A stretch of 64,000 bases of DNA, from contig CAVNZM010000010.1 of NCBI GenBank assembly GCA_963693365.1, positions 1,240,001 through 1,304,000 of the forward strand. Reading direction: 5' to 3'. Shown here piece by piece: positions 1 to 32,082 of this stretch. Source of the stretch: Amoebidium appalachense (Eukaryota > Protista > Ichthyosporea). The position numbers and the translations under genes were made by a program. The notes under the pieces were generated by a model. The model was not told the origin of the DNA. It did not search any database and saw nothing but the letters and a program-made list of their open reading frames with translations. Position 1 is the first letter of the stretch, and every line of letters begins with the position of its first letter.

Positions 1-262
1 ATTTGAGCTTTAACTTTAATTCAACACATGTTTACATTTTACATAATCATTCCACGGCTTTAGTTAGAACTTTGATTCATGCTATACCTAAGTTCATAAA
101 GTCCGTCCACTAATGCTTATAATAATATTATAATATTATAATATTATTATATTATTATATTAATATTATCTTGAACACAGTATTAGTTAACTAACTCATG
201 GTGCGCATCCCCCCCCCCCCCCCCCCCCTCACACACACATGGACGCCAAAGTCCCTCTGTAT

Positions 263-295
<33 letters not shown>

Positions 296-520
296 CCCGC
301 CCCTCCCCCTTGCCTAAGCAGGCGGCAACCCCGTAACCTTTTTTTTTTTTTTTTTTTTCTCATTCTCCCAAAAACAGGTGTGACGAGTAATCAAACCAAG
401 TAACAATAAAAACGTTTGGGTGTGTGGGCCGGCTGTGTGTGTCTGTGTGGGGGGGGGGGGGGGGGGAGGGAGAGGGGGGAGAGGGGGAGGGGGGGGGGGG
501 GGGGAGGGGGGGGCAAATAC

Positions 521-10808
<10,288 letters not shown>

Positions 10809-11099
10809 TTTGCCGACTCTGTAATGTTAACACTCTCTCTTACATGCTCATCCCTGCGTATATCTCTCGTGCATGTATATGTGCTTCAGTGAACTCTGCT
10901 ATGTTTTGCTGAGAAGGTCAAAAGGTCACGCCTATTGCAAACTTCTGACTATATAATAAGGAAGTGTCTTTTACATCCTATACATATGCCATTATCTCTC
11001 GTTATGTCGCAATATCAACCAAGAAAACACCAATCTTTGACAATCAGCCGTTTAAACTTTCTTGAAGACCTCTGTACCACTATGATGTTCCGAAGCCTT

Positions 11100-11203
11100 G
11101 TAATTCAACCCCTGCGCACGGGCCTTGAGTCCAGCTGAAGCCTGTGACAGAGCCCGCGCTGGCGTCAGCTGGACTCAAGGCCCGTGCGCAGGGGTTGAAT
11201 TAC
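11100..11203. repeat. Near-perfect inverted repeat: 43-bp arms, 1 mismatch, 18-nt spacer
   Basis: GTAATTCAACCCCTGCGCACGGGCCTTGAGTCCAGCTGAAGCC at 11100-11142; its reverse complement at 11161-11203. Confidence 0.92.
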
Positions 11204-12052
11204 GACTCAAAATCGTCGTATTTACGATTAAGCCCAGGGGGTCAACACGACTAACGCTGGGAGGTGCTGCATTGGTTTATCGTAGCAGTCAAATATGCCC
11301 ATAGTGTATTTTGGTGTGCTTTCATACGAAAACTGGTGTTTTTCTAGGTACAAAGTGATCAGGTGGCTATTTTTGCACTCCAGAACGGAATATGAAGCCC
11401 TGTTTTGCCTGTCGGGGCATAAAATCGCTAACGGAGTCTAACATTGTAAGAAATTGTTCATAAAAGTCGGTAATGTAGGGGGTCTGTCCGAGCTCGTAAA
11501 TGAGATGAACCCCGCCATTACGTTTTAAAAATTCCGACAATACCATTTTGTTTTGGGTAACACGGGTAGCTCAGCCAAAGCCGCACAACCCCTGCCCGTT
11601 CGTGACCTACCAACGTTCCTATTCGCTAATACGGTACCACTCTCTCTTCCTATTGGTTGAATTTGCATCATGTCCACCGTCTGACCGGCGAAGAACGGGA
11701 AACTTCAACAGCATGCGCCGCGACGCACAGGTGCACTGTTTTGCAGGAGTTTCAAGCTTGCTTAGATGGCTTCTAATGTGCTTCACTTGGAAAAATAATG
11801 GTAAAACTTTCTAATCCTTTCTTTGGTGCTATGGTTTCCCGTGCTTCCTAATGCTGTACTGTAGTTGGCATTGATATTAGAGTACATGAGCTTGTAACTT
11901 GATCGTCTGAGCCTAGTGTCCATGGCTAACCAAACTTCAATCGGATGTGATCTATGGCCATGAATCGCTTGTTTCTATTTTTCTTTCTGGTCTCCTTGAG
12001 CTGGCGCTTTCAACTAGCGGCGTAAAGGCACGTGCTGGGAAACGACGATTAA

Positions 12053-12346
12053 AGGGGGTTTCTTTTAGGCTGATTAATTGTCCCCATCCAAGCACATTCG
12101 GGTCAAGCCATTTGTTCAGCATATATATCACGATATGAACTGCAATTTTCTTCCTACCGCTTTGTTATTATTGTTCCATTCTTTATTTCTTTCTTTCTCT
12201 TTTCTTTTTCTTTTTTGTTGTTTTATGGCGCACTTGAACCTTGCTGCGGGCAAAATGATGGTGCGCAGCTGATGCGCAGTACGCCAATCATATGGCTAGA
12301 ATTCCCTCTGACCCGGCCCGGCCCGAAAACCTAAAAGAAACCCCCT
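12053..12346 (+). mobile_element. Non-autonomous DNA transposon (MITE) with TTAA TSD, Kolobok-like termini; copy 1
   Basis: TTAA|AGGGGGTTTCTTTTAGG ... CCTAAAAGAAACCCCCT|TTAA. A second copy lies inverted at 35853-36147. Confidence 0.85.
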
Positions 12347-12805
12347 TTAAGCTCCTTGGGGAAGTGAGGTTTGGGGTGCGTTTGATCGATGGGCAGTTGC
12401 CGGACTCCCTAGATGAACCCAAAGGGGGGGGGGGGGGGGGAGGGGGGGGGGGGGGGGTGTCAAAGAGGGGGGAGGGGAGGGGAAGGGGGGGGGGCGGGGG
12501 AGGGGGGGGGGGGGAGGGGGGATTGAAGGGGCGGCGACGAAGGTATGGGGCAGTCAACTATGCTTACGGCAGGATGGTCCATGTGTTGAAAGGGGTATAT
12601 GACGTCACACCATGATTTGCTACCATATTTAGTAAGAAATCGGTAAACGTCACATATCATAGCAATCTTAGCCGACGGCGACTAAATTTTGCTGGTCTGA
12701 CCCGGGTACGTAGTCTGTTTTGAACCCTTGCTCCTTAAGGCAGGATTGAGCCATCCAGGTGGTGAGTAAGCAGTGAGAGGGCTTGGCAACATTCGGAAAG
12801 TGACT

Positions 12806-12847
<42 letters not shown>

Positions 12848-13468
12848 TGTAGAGCGCAAATGAACGCGGGAAAACCAAAAGGCGGCAGCATGCAACAACG
12901 AGAGGACGATTTACGAACCCCTGAGCAAAGCACGCATATGGGCCCGGGGGCGGGGGAGGGCGTTGGGGAGTGGTGCCGGGGGGGGGGGGGGGGGGGGGGA
13001 GGGGGGATCCGGAGGGATGGGGGGAGGGGGGGGGGGGGACAGTTTTCTGTTTGGTCATCCATGACCAACGTAGTACCACTCAAGAGGTGGTATTTGGGAT
13101 GCCAAGGTAGTGCCGAATCTCGTTGAGGAAGACTTCACCAAAACTGCACCTTTCTGACTCACTTGACCTTATAATGCCCCGAGAGGTGGGCCGAAGATAA
13201 AGCAGGAGGCAGGGGGAAAGTGGGATGTTGCCCCCCGTGGGGGGGGGGGGGGAGAGGGGAGGGGGGGGGGAGGATGAGGGGGAGGGGGAGGGCAGGCTCT
13301 GGGGAGGAGGGTGGAAGGAGGGAGAGGAGGGTGGGGGGGGGGGGGGGGGGAGGTCTCGAGCTCCATCACCTGGTCTCATGCATTAATTAACGGCTCTGCA
13401 CATCCTCTCTCCCGCGTATAGAAAGGGGGCAGGATGATGCGTGCTTGGTTTTTGCCTTCTTTGTGCAC

Positions 13469-13591
<123 letters not shown>

Positions 13592-13594
13592 TGC

Positions 13595-13633
<39 letters not shown>

Positions 13634-13720
13634 CGTGTGTGTGTGACACTGTGTGTGTGTGTGTGTGTGTGCGTGTGTGTGTATGTGTGTGTGCGTGTGG
13701 CGGTGTGTGTGTGTGCATGC

Positions 13721-13754
<34 letters not shown>

Positions 13755-13756
13755 AG

Positions 13757-13828
<72 letters not shown>

Positions 13829-13925
13829 GTGTGTGTGTTGGTGGACGGTGGTCGTGGTGGTGGTGGTGCAGTGATGGCCGTGGTGGTGGTTGTGGCGGAC
13901 GGGAGGGGGGGGGGGGGGGGGAGAA

Positions 13926-13962
<37 letters not shown>

Positions 13963-15312
13963 GGTTTCAAACATGCAGTGGAAAAATCAAAGGCCCACAG
14001 CTGCCCCCGTGCCCCGGCACGACAGTGACGCTGCAGCGGAGCGGCACTGAGCCCGGGCATGGCGCTCAGACAGAGACGCTGTGTGACGTCACGACACGGT
14101 CTGCGATCTGTCGAACTATGCGGGTTTTATCTCAGGAATGCCGAGGTCATGGCGTATGATGCCGCCGGAATGACCGTCCGTGCCTGCGCCAAACTCAAAA
14201 ATTCATGTGGGCCAGGAAAATCAATGATTATTTTACTTAGTGTTTACTTTTTTTCCAATGTTTTAATCTTGCTGTGTTTTCCTGCAAGTGGAAAAGTGTC
14301 GCTTTGTCCTGCACTGCACCTCACTCCCACTGAACGTCTCAGCACGGGCCCACATGCCCTGGGCTCCAGGCTGTGAAATTAGAAAGTTTTTGGCATTCCG
14401 AAATATTGTACACGAAGATATATAACTTCAAATGGGTTGAATTTGATAACTCTAGCAAGATCAGATTTTTGAGAAAATAAAGGCAACTCTCAAACGGCTG
14501 GTTACCCCATAAGGGCCATGTAATATGGAGGCTGGAGAGATGTTAGCAAAAACCAATATAACGACTGCGTTGACACAAATTTCATACCCTGCCCACCCTC
14601 TGACGCGTATTGTTATCATTTTGTGGCCAATCACAGCGAGCAAGCAATATTGAGGAATTCGAAATGCATTCCAGTAGACGAATCCGCCAATCACAGCTAC
14701 TCGTACGTCACCCAAATTAGCTACATCTTTATCTCAAGCATTCCTGGAATCTGCTAGTGAGCTCATGTGTACAATCAAGCCAATTATCGAAAACCCCATT
14801 TCTTTTGTAATAAAAAATGGCAATATTGAAAAGAAAATGTTTACCCAAAGAGTGACAAAACAGTATTTTCCTGCTAATCCCTTGGCCTTCACACTTTCGC
14901 CATAGGCTAAGCCTATGAGCCTATGGCCCAGTAATGCTTTTCAAATAGCATCCAACGCAACAATCCTATTGGCTGTTTTTTTTTTAAAGCATGAATCGCA
15001 TTCCATTGTCATCCTGCAGTCACGTCCCTGCAGATATCATCGCCAGTGACTCCAAGCTACAAAATGACCCTCACATTCAAAAAAAAAGTATTGCGCTCGT
15101 CGCAATGGAAAGAAACGCATGCTCTCTTTACACCAACACAAAAGTGCAAAGAAATTAGGCAGAAATAGTAATATGCATACGTTCGTTTACATCCAATAGA
15201 TCTTCAATCGCCCCATCGACACTATTTTTCTTTTCATGAAACAGCCACACCAAGACACGCTTTGAAACCCAAAACACAACCTACAGCACCAGAAAAACCA
15301 CGAAAAACCAAC

Positions 15313-16335
15313 ATGGTGTCCGCATATGCCACGCTCCTTCTTGGAGCTTTTGGCTTCATGCACGTTCCATGTGTAGAGGCGCAAGTAAAACACCCCAAAA
15401 TGTGGGCTCCAGGAATGCCACCAGTATCGTCGGGTTCTGGGCAACAGACGGCGGCTTCAGTAGGGTTTAAACCCGCAAACGACCTGCTCATTCAGTCTAT
15501 TCCTCAGACCTTTGTGGTTAAGCTTAACCCTTCCGCGACTGGAAGTGACCTGGCGCGGTTGAATGTCAAAATTGCCCAGCTCAGGGCGACGTACAAACTC
15601 ACCTCTGCTTCCGGAATCAAGGTTAGTAACTGTGTTGCTAGTAGTCACCGGGCTACGAATTCTTTTGAGTTTTGCTGAAATTATTACATGTATGCCTTTC
15701 ATGAAGAAGCCTTATTTTTTTCTTAAGCAGCGACAATGTGCATGTGGTGTGTGTGGATGGCGAGGGCTTGTAAGAGCTTTTAGGTATTATGCAAAGGTGC
15801 TACCGTTAACCCATCCCGCGTGGCTGACACTGACTGACATTTCAACAATTCGCTGTGCAGAAATCCTTCCCGCGTTTGGGTTTTCTGAAGCTGCAGATGA
15901 GCAGTGATGTGGCAGTGGCAAAGCTTCTTGATGACCCTGCAATTAAAATGGCTGCCATGGACTATAAGGTGAGTTTTTATTTTGAATTGTAAAAGGCATA
16001 TTTCTTCCTTCAAATGATGTTTTTTCGCGAAAGTTAGATTAGAAGGAAAACCGTTAACGATAAAGGAAAGAAAGAAAAGGGGCAGGAAAGAAACGTTATA
16101 CTGACGAGGATACGAGTTTCTTTGTGGTTTTTAATTTAAATGAGATGAGAATCTTACTAACACAACACGATCTTATGTATGCAGGTAAAAGCCAGCCAAC
16201 TCAGTTGGTCTAATAAGTGGGGTCTGGTTCGGATCACAAACCGCGCTTACCAGAACGCAACAAAAGTCAACTTCCCCAACACGGCACGTGGAAACGGCGT
16301 CGATGTGTAAGTAGCCAATCAATTCTCTCCCTCAC

Positions 16336-16375
<40 letters not shown>

Positions 16376-16692
16376 GCACTGTGAATTAAGATCACGCCTG
16401 GCATGTCTCTGGCAGCTTTTCTCTGACCTGTGACTACAGCGTGAATACAGAGATAGGCCACCTATAGACATCTAAGTTAAGTATGATCTAACAATATTCG
16501 AGTGGATATGTTGCATATCTAACAATTTATTTTCTCATTTACAGGTATGTTGTGGACACTGGTGTGGATAAGTCGCATCCGGATATTGCCAGCCGTCTTG
16601 TAGATGGGTTCTATTCGAGTGATTCTGTGGTCGGTGAGCCAACACCTTCATGGAACGATGGCAATGGGCACGGCACACACGTTGCTGGTAAA

Positions 16693-16737
<45 letters not shown>

Positions 16738-17668
16738 AAAAAAAAAAAAAAAGAAAAGAAAAAAAAAAGAGAGAAGAAGAAGAAGAAGAAAGAAAAAGGA
16801 AAAAGGAAAAAGAAAAGAAAAAAGGGAGGGGGGGGGGGGGGGGGGGGATAAGATAGCAACAGAGATAACAAGGATCATAAGTATATCAAAATGTTAAGGC
16901 TGTCGAGGATGATATTTGGCACAGACAACAGGGTAACGTTAGTAGACACAAACAACCAAACCTCCCCCCCCCCCCCCCCCCCCTTTTTTTTTTTACGATC
17001 GTTGCCTCTGGATATATTACTGTACCTGGTATCCGCCTTCTCCTTTCCGATTCCCCCCCTCCAAACCCGTTAACCCATTAACCCATAACAGGAACAATCG
17101 GCTCCTCGACCCGCGGTGTCGCCGACTCCGCCCGCATCGTTCCCGTTCGCGTTTTGGCCGCCGACGGCAGTGGCTCCTACTCTGGCGTTCTCGAAGGCCT
17201 CGAATACGTTCGCACCCGCTCCGCAAATCTCCAATCAACCAATCCGACACGTCGGTTCATCGTAAATATGTCATTGGGAGGTCCCCGCTACACCCCATTG
17301 GATGACGCGGTTAAGCAATTGACCGACGCGGGAATTGCCGTCGTTGTAGCTGCCGGAAATGAGTTAGATGACGCGTGTGCGTATTCTCCCTCCGGTGCGA
17401 CGACCGCTATTGCTGTCGGCGCGGTGGATATGAAGGATCAGTGGGGTGCTGTGGATCTGCCTTTCAGCAATTATGGGTCGTGTGTGGATATTCTTGCCCC
17501 TGGTACGGAACACTCCTCCTTGCCCCCCTCCCCCCCCTCCCCGTATTCATCCTTCCCTCCCCCCTCCTCCCCCCCCCCTCCTCCCCCCCCCTCCCTACCA
17601 CCATTATCACCTTTCACACCCCTGTACATACCCTCTGTATTTCAGTAAAGCATTTGTGCAAAAGCAAG

Positions 17669-17728
<60 letters not shown>

Positions 17729-18500
17729 TGGGCCTAGTCGAGATCTTCAATGATTCTTCATTCCCACCGTAACCAAAGAAAAAACTAACCCTCTTTCTTT
17801 TCTTTTTCCAAAACAGGGGTCAACATCGAGTCACTCAAGATGGGTGGGGGCTATGTGAGTGAGTCAGGCACGAGCATGGCCAGTCCCCATGTGGCCGGTG
17901 CCCTTGCTGTTTTCTGGTCCCTTAACCTGTCAAAGTCCAGGGCCGAGGTAAGATTTAACCCCAGCCCCCCTCCCCCCCCCCCCCCCCCCCCCCCCCCCAA
18001 AGATAAATAGCTTAAATTTAAGAAATAATAAAAAATAATCACACCACACATGGCGCCCTGTAGAACTTTAGAATTGGAGCTAGAGCATAGGCCGACCATA
18101 TTGAGTTTACTTTCCAACATTTATATTTATTTTTATTCATAAAACGATCTCATAATTTCGACGCCAATCTAACCGTGTTTTTCCTACCACAGGTCGAGGC
18201 ACTCATGCTCAGCTACGCCACCCGCGCTACCATCACCTCTTTCCCGACAGGGGTTAATTTCGATACCACCACACGTCTTCTTCTCTATGTGGGTGCCGAC
18301 ATTGCAAATTCCATCAGCCCATGCAACTCTTCTCCCTGTCAAAACGGGGGAACTTGCAGCAATACGCAAACCGGGGGGTTCCAATGCACATGCACGGGGG
18401 GTTTTACAGGCACCATGTGCGAAGTTGCACCCAATGCGTGTGGTTCAAGCCCGTGCCAGAATGGAGGCCAGTGTACTCCTTCTCAGGTAAATACCCCCCC

Positions 18501-18531
<31 letters not shown>

Positions 18532-20031
18532 AAAAAAAAAAAAAGAAAAGAAAAAGAAAGAAGAAAAGAGAAGAAAAAGGAAAAGTGAAAGAAGAGAGGA
18601 AAAGTGAAAGAAGAGAGGAAAAGGAAAGTGAAAGAAGAGAGGAAAAAGGAAAGGGGAAAAAGGAAGAAAGAAAAAATATACAAAGCAAAACCTTCCTCGG
18701 TCAGATTCGGGCATGATAGACCTTTGCCCGTCAGTTTTTTTTTTTCTTTTTTTTTTCGATTTATTGTTTTATGCGGCCAAGTCATTAATTTTCTGACATA
18801 TCTCAGGACGGCACCACCTTCACCTGCAACTGTGTCAACGGCTACACCGGAGACACCTGCCAGACCCTCCCCCCAAACCCCTGCAACAACAACCCGTGCC
18901 AGAACAATGGACAATGCTTCGTCAACCCCACCGACACCACGAAATTCACTTGCGTGTGCTCGGGTGGATATTCGGGAGATAGATGCGAAACTTCGCCCGA
19001 TCCGTGCCTCAGCTCCCCGTGCCAGAACGGTGGAATTTGCGTCAGTCAGGCGAGCCCTGCCAACATTAAGCGGATAATTACCGGAGTGGGGCTTCAAAAG
19101 TTATCCTCAAAATCCGTTTCTTTTGTCTGCGAGTGCCGAAATGGATATACCGGAAATTTGTGCGAAACCGCCCCCGACCCGTGCGTCTACCCCGCAAATC
19201 CGTGCATGAACGACGGTGTGTGTTTCAATTTCGGGGGCTCTTTCAAGTGCCAGTGCAAGCCCGGGTTTACGGGGAACAACTGTCAAAACGTCCCGGACCC
19301 ATGCACTTACCCCTCAAACCCTTGCAAGAATGGGGGGATGTGTTCGCGCACCGGAGACACCACCTATACTTGCGACTGTAAGAATGGATATACCGGCACA
19401 ATTTGCGAGACCCCCCCAGACAGATGCGACCCCAACCCATGCCAAAACGGAGGGAACTGCACCACGAATATGCGCGGAAACCCCATCTGTATCTGCCCGC
19501 CGTTTTTCCGTGGAAATCGGTGTCAGACCCCCCCTCCCGACCCATGCGCAAAGGCGCCGTGCAGAAACGGGGGCACGTGCATGCCCACCGCGGATTATTC
19601 CGGATTTTTCTGCCAATGTCCGGGGGGGGTTTACCGGTCCGACGTGTGACGATGAGGAAGGGATCGACTGGCAGCCGCCCACCTGCACCGGAAATTGCGA
19701 AAAGTACAACGGGACTTTCAATTCCCGGAAAAATCTCATACAAGTTGGGGATACTTTTAACGTTGCTTCGACGTCTATGTTGCAAGTTTGGTGGACGGGG
19801 CCCACCAACGCGAAATTGGCGGTTGTGGGTCCTTTGAGGTGGAATGGGGCCGGACAGGCTCTCAGAACTTCTACTATATCTAGCACTTATTTCTCAATCC
19901 AAGAACTTTCGGTGTGTCTATCTCCTGGGGTTTATAAATTGCAGATGTCTTATGAGGCAAAGTTTGCCGGACAGGGTTACCGCGTGTATATGATACCGAG
20001 CGAAAGCATGCCGCCTTGTGGTAGGAAGTAA
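15313..20031 (+). CDS. Secreted subtilisin-like S8A (proteinase K-type) protease: signal peptide, I9-like prodomain, catalytic domain, 8 EGF-like repeats, C-terminal PPC/aqualysin-like domain. Exons: 15313-15621, 15861-15968, 16185-16306, 16545-16687, 17092-17502, 17817-17947, 18193-18486, 18807-20031 (one extra G in the run at 19622-19629)
   Basis: Intact triad motifs VDVYVVDTGV, DGNGHGTHVAG and SGTSMASPHVAG, plus NMSLGG, VVAAGN and FSNYGSCVDILAPG. Repeated PC..NPC.NGG.C...C.C..G(Y/F)TG..C units. Splice phases are consistent. Confidence 0.95.
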
Positions 20032-20630
20032 GGTATATTTAATGGCTATCTCATTTTTTCAGTTCATTATAACATTGTAGATGGTTTTTTTAGTACCGTT
20101 GTAAACGAGATAGTGTGTATTTGTGTTTTTGTGTAATTTCGTTTTTCATGGCCGAGATAATGTTCGTTACTAGTAGTAAAATTACACAATGTATTAGCCG
20201 CAGTGGCTCGAGATTGCGGGATTACTTACATAGGTATACTGCGATTGTAAAACTCATGAGGTAACATGTAATATCCATTAGATATACTGTAAATAGTGGA
20301 TATACACAGGCCAGCAGGAACTGGTTGTAATATAACCAAAGATCAGCCAAGTCATACTATAGTGCTTGCATCGTCTTTCTGCACCAACCGGCGTAAGGCA
20401 GGTCTTTGGGATGCGATTGGTTGGCGGTTTGAATCTAACAGTCAATCTTTGAGCTCACGGTCTTCTGAATGCACGATTTGTTGCAATATTTTTCTGTTCT
20501 TCTCTCTCTCTCTCTTCCTCTCTTCCTCTTTCTCTCTCTCTTTATGTGTGTGTTTGCATGTGTGTTTGGGTTTGGGGGGGGGGGGGGGGGGGGGGGGGGG
20601 AAGGGAAGATGTTGTGTACATTTGTTTTCG

Positions 20631-20665
<35 letters not shown>

Positions 20666-21318
20666 GTGTTATGCTTTTTTTCTGTATATCGGCGATTTAT
20701 TTATGCCATTTGCGAGTTTTTTTCCCGTTTTTTGCTTGTTTGTCTTGATCACAAGGAGTTCGAACCAACCCACCCAGCCATTTTATTGGCAGTACTTAGT
20801 CAATTTGAGTGACTGTCTCCCTGGGGCCCGGCTCAACATACCTTGTATGTTGCCGCAGGCGACAGTCACTAGACAAAGGTTCTGATTGCGCAAACAAATT
20901 TAAATCTACAGCATATGATTGGTTCAAAGTCGCATTAATAATTTAACAGAAATTAAGGAAGCGTTCCTAATGCCCAACAACAAATTTACGGAAGCCTTCC
21001 TATTGCCCAACAGAAAATACAGCATTCCTATTGAACCTACAAGATAACCAACTTGCAGCTTTCCGATTGCCCAACAGGAATTCATAGACCCAACCGGAGA
21101 CGTCCCGCGCCGTAGTAGTGCCCGGCCACTTACGTAAGCCTTACGTAAGCCTTGCGTAAGTACATAGCCTGGGAGACTAGGTAGTACTCCCACCGAGGCC
21201 AATAATCACAGAGAGTGAACTGTACGGTATAAAAACTTTTTTTTTTTTTTGAGCAGTGGGCTTGGGGTCCTCCCCCCCCCCCCCCCCCCCCCCCCCACCA
21301 CCACCACCACCACCACCA

Positions 21319-21362
<44 letters not shown>

Positions 21363-22311
21363 CCCAAAAAAAAAAAATATTAACAAAAAAAAAAAAAAAA
21401 AAATAAATAAATAAGAAGAAAGTGAAAAAAAGTGTTACGTTATTTTCAAAAGTATGTTGTTGAACTTTGTTGTTTTGTGGTTGTTGTTGTAAAGGGGGAG
21501 AGAGATCTCTAGAGGACATACGCCATAAGTGTCATGTGCAGTGTGCATAATCGGCCAGCAGGTGAAGTTGCACTCAAGTAAGTTATGCCGCATAAGGGTG
21601 TTTGTGGATGAATATTTGGTGGTGGCGGTGGTGGTGGTTGTGGTGAGGGGGGGGGGGGGGGGGGGGGGGGGGTCGTCCTCACTGAACCTCTTAGGCTAGA
21701 CAATTTCTTATTCAGCAACCCACAGAGCTGCAGTATATTTCAGTCTCAAGAATTCCCTGCTCACACAAGAGCTTGTCTGGGAGCATGTCTCTCGCCTTGC
21801 TGTACTAAAGAAGTTTTAACTTTTGTCTATCAGCCAACCAAATCCAGACTTTAAATCTACACATAAAAGTGGTCTCGCCCTCTCTAAGCCTGGGCCACCC
21901 ATTATAAAAATAGTTATCTGTCACACCTCGAGCACTAGTGTGGTTTTAAATCTATAAAATATAACTAAATTTAGAGTGACACCAACTCAGGCCTTAATAA
22001 CCTTAGCCATAGCACACTACCCAACATAGTCACCCTTTAAGGTGTATAGACGTCAAACCGGTTAATGATGTTGCCGAAAACAATCAAAGTAACACATATT
22101 CTTCCCTTAAACCGACTAGCACACACAACTCAGTGGCAACTCCCCCCTCCCCCCCCCTCCCCCCCCCTCCCCCCCTCCCCTCCCCCCCCCCCCCCTCCCC
22201 CCCGTTCCCCGACTCCTCCACCCTTCTCTCTCTCTTTCTCCTTCCCCCCTTCCTCTCTCTTCCCCCCTCCCTCCCTCCCTCCCTCCCCCATCCCCCCCCC
22301 CATCCCCCCCC

Positions 22312-22356
<45 letters not shown>

Positions 22357-22386
22357 ACACACAACACACACTTGTTCAACCTCCCC

Positions 22387-29587
<7,201 letters not shown>

Positions 29588-30603
29588 TTTTCCAGCAGTC
29601 AGAAATAACCCTGGTCGACTCTTGAGGGTCTCAAGGAGTGAACTGAGAGCGGAGTTTTCCGAACTGTCAGGTTATCACCAGGTGTGTGTATGTATGTATG
29701 CTTAGGTGATTTCAAGTGCTCTCACCCTACCCTAAATGTGAGCTCCCGAAGGAATGCACGCAGCACTGCTGCCATTTGTTGGGATCTAGATTCTAGATCC
29801 ACAACTGACCAACCATCTGCCGGTTGAATGATGCTTTTTTTCTCTTGAGCCGTGAGGAGTTTATTTTTAGTTGTCAGTGCTTTGGCAGATCTAGATCTAG
29901 ATCGAGAGTTCGAGCTCGCGAGGGTTAACGTTCAAACAAAAACCACCTGTAGACGATGTAGGCAGCTGCGGCAGCAAAAGAAAATGTGACACAAATGCAC
30001 TTATGTGTCTAATATAAAACACACCAACATGCATACAAATACGTGCGAATACACACCAGTACATGTATGATCGTGAATACCGTCAAAATACAGCACAACC
30101 TCACACCTACGAATACGTGCAAATATACACCAGCATGTGTACAAATACACAAATAGGGCGCGCACATTCCCACATTCATGAACTGACATACGTTCTATTC
30201 AATAGATGCGTCAAATTTTGAAGGAAGATTTCGTGATTCCTGCCCTCCCCTCCCTCCCCCAACCCTCCCCCTACCCTCCCTCTCCCCCCTTCCCCTGCCT
30301 CACTCTCTTTCCCCAGCCTCTTTCCTTCTTCCCCCTCCCCCCCCCCCCCCCCCCCCCCAGTACCCACTCACTCTCCCCCCTCCCCCCCCCCCCCCCCCCC
30401 CCGGCTCCACCCTCCTCCCCCGGCCTCTTCCCTATATCCCCCCCCACCCCTCCCCCTCCCCCCCTCTCACCCTCCCACTCCACCGCCCTCTGATTGCCCC
30501 CTCCGCCCCCTCTCTTGACACCGTGCACACACACACACACGCACACACACACACACACACACACACGTGCATGCCTGAGATATTAACCCCACCAACAACA
30601 CAG

Positions 30604-30745
30604 AGATGACAAAATTGCCACCTTCAGCAACTGGGGCACGTGTGTGGACATCTTTGCTCCGGGTGTGAGCATTTTCAGGTACCCCCCCCCCCCCCCCCAT
30701 CCCCCGGGGCGGGTATCGTCCACCCCCCTCTACCCCCATCATCCC

Positions 30746-30783
<38 letters not shown>

Positions 30784-31161
30784 GCCCCTCCCCTCACAGC
30801 ATGGGGCCTCCGCTGAGGATGTTTTCTGGCTAAGTTGCATACCGCGTGTTGCTAGTCTAGAGTACTTACATGAAGGATTTATGCATGTGGCCTGCACCGT
30901 ATTTCTCACCGTGTAGTAATATACTCAGTACCGTGTTCCGAATCCCCCCCCCCTCCCCTCCCCCCACCCACCCACCCAGCCCCCCCCCCCCCCTTTCCCG
31001 CTACTCTACCCCACCCCCCCACCCCCTGTTCTCCGATCCCCCCCCCCCCCCCCCTCCCGGCCCCCCTCCCCCCCCCTCTCCCCCCTCCCCTCCGGCCCCT
31101 CCTCCGTGCCACCAGTACGCTACTACCAACACTACCGCCGCCACCAAACACACATACACAC

Positions 31162-31248
<87 letters not shown>

Positions 31249-31307
31249 TACATACACATACACATACATACATACACATACACATACATATACATATACA
31301 CATACAA

Positions 31308-31340
<33 letters not shown>

Positions 31341-31375
31341 TACATACACATACACATACATACATACACAATGTC

Positions 31376-31414
<39 letters not shown>

Positions 31415-31822
31415 TACACACACATACACATACACATGCGCACAACCTGATAGACAAATACACACACATACACACTTCACCCCCCCCCCCCCCCCCCCTT
31501 CCCCCCTCCCCCTCTCCCTCCCCCTCCCCCCCGCTCCCGGTTATGCCTCGGGGCTCGAAGAAGAAAATAAAGAGAAATCGAATCACACTGAGGGGCCACG
31601 AAACATGATCTACAAAATAACTCTATAGCTAAGCAAAAACAAACCTTGGTTTATATGTAGCACCTAATAGTGTGAAATCATTGCTAAATTACTGCCCTAA
31701 TAACCCCAGCTCAATCATGGATTTGACAAACCCAGCCAACCCGACCATTGTCAACAACACCGGCATCATGAGTGGGACATCCATGTAACCCCCCCCCCCC
31801 CCCCCCCCCCCCCCTTTCTCTC

Positions 31823-31857
<35 letters not shown>

Positions 31858-32050
31858 CGCAGCAAGATAGCTCCTTCCCCTCCCCGCTCCTCCTGTCCCC
31901 CCATTCCCGTCCCCCTCCGCTTTACCCCATTTCTTTTCCTTTGCCTCCTCCTCCCCCCTCCCCCCCCCCCGCACCCCCTTTGCCTCCCCTTCCCCCTCTG
32001 CCCCTCCCCCTCCCCTTCCCCCCCTTTGCCCCCCCTTCCCCCCCAGTCCA

Positions 32051-32082
<32 letters not shown>

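Noticed and set aside
14620-14700. Tandem GCCAATCACAGC (CCAAT boxes) as promoter of the EGF protease
   Set aside because: About 600 bp from the ATG, and such motifs are common inside DNA-transposon remnants; there is no TSS evidence.
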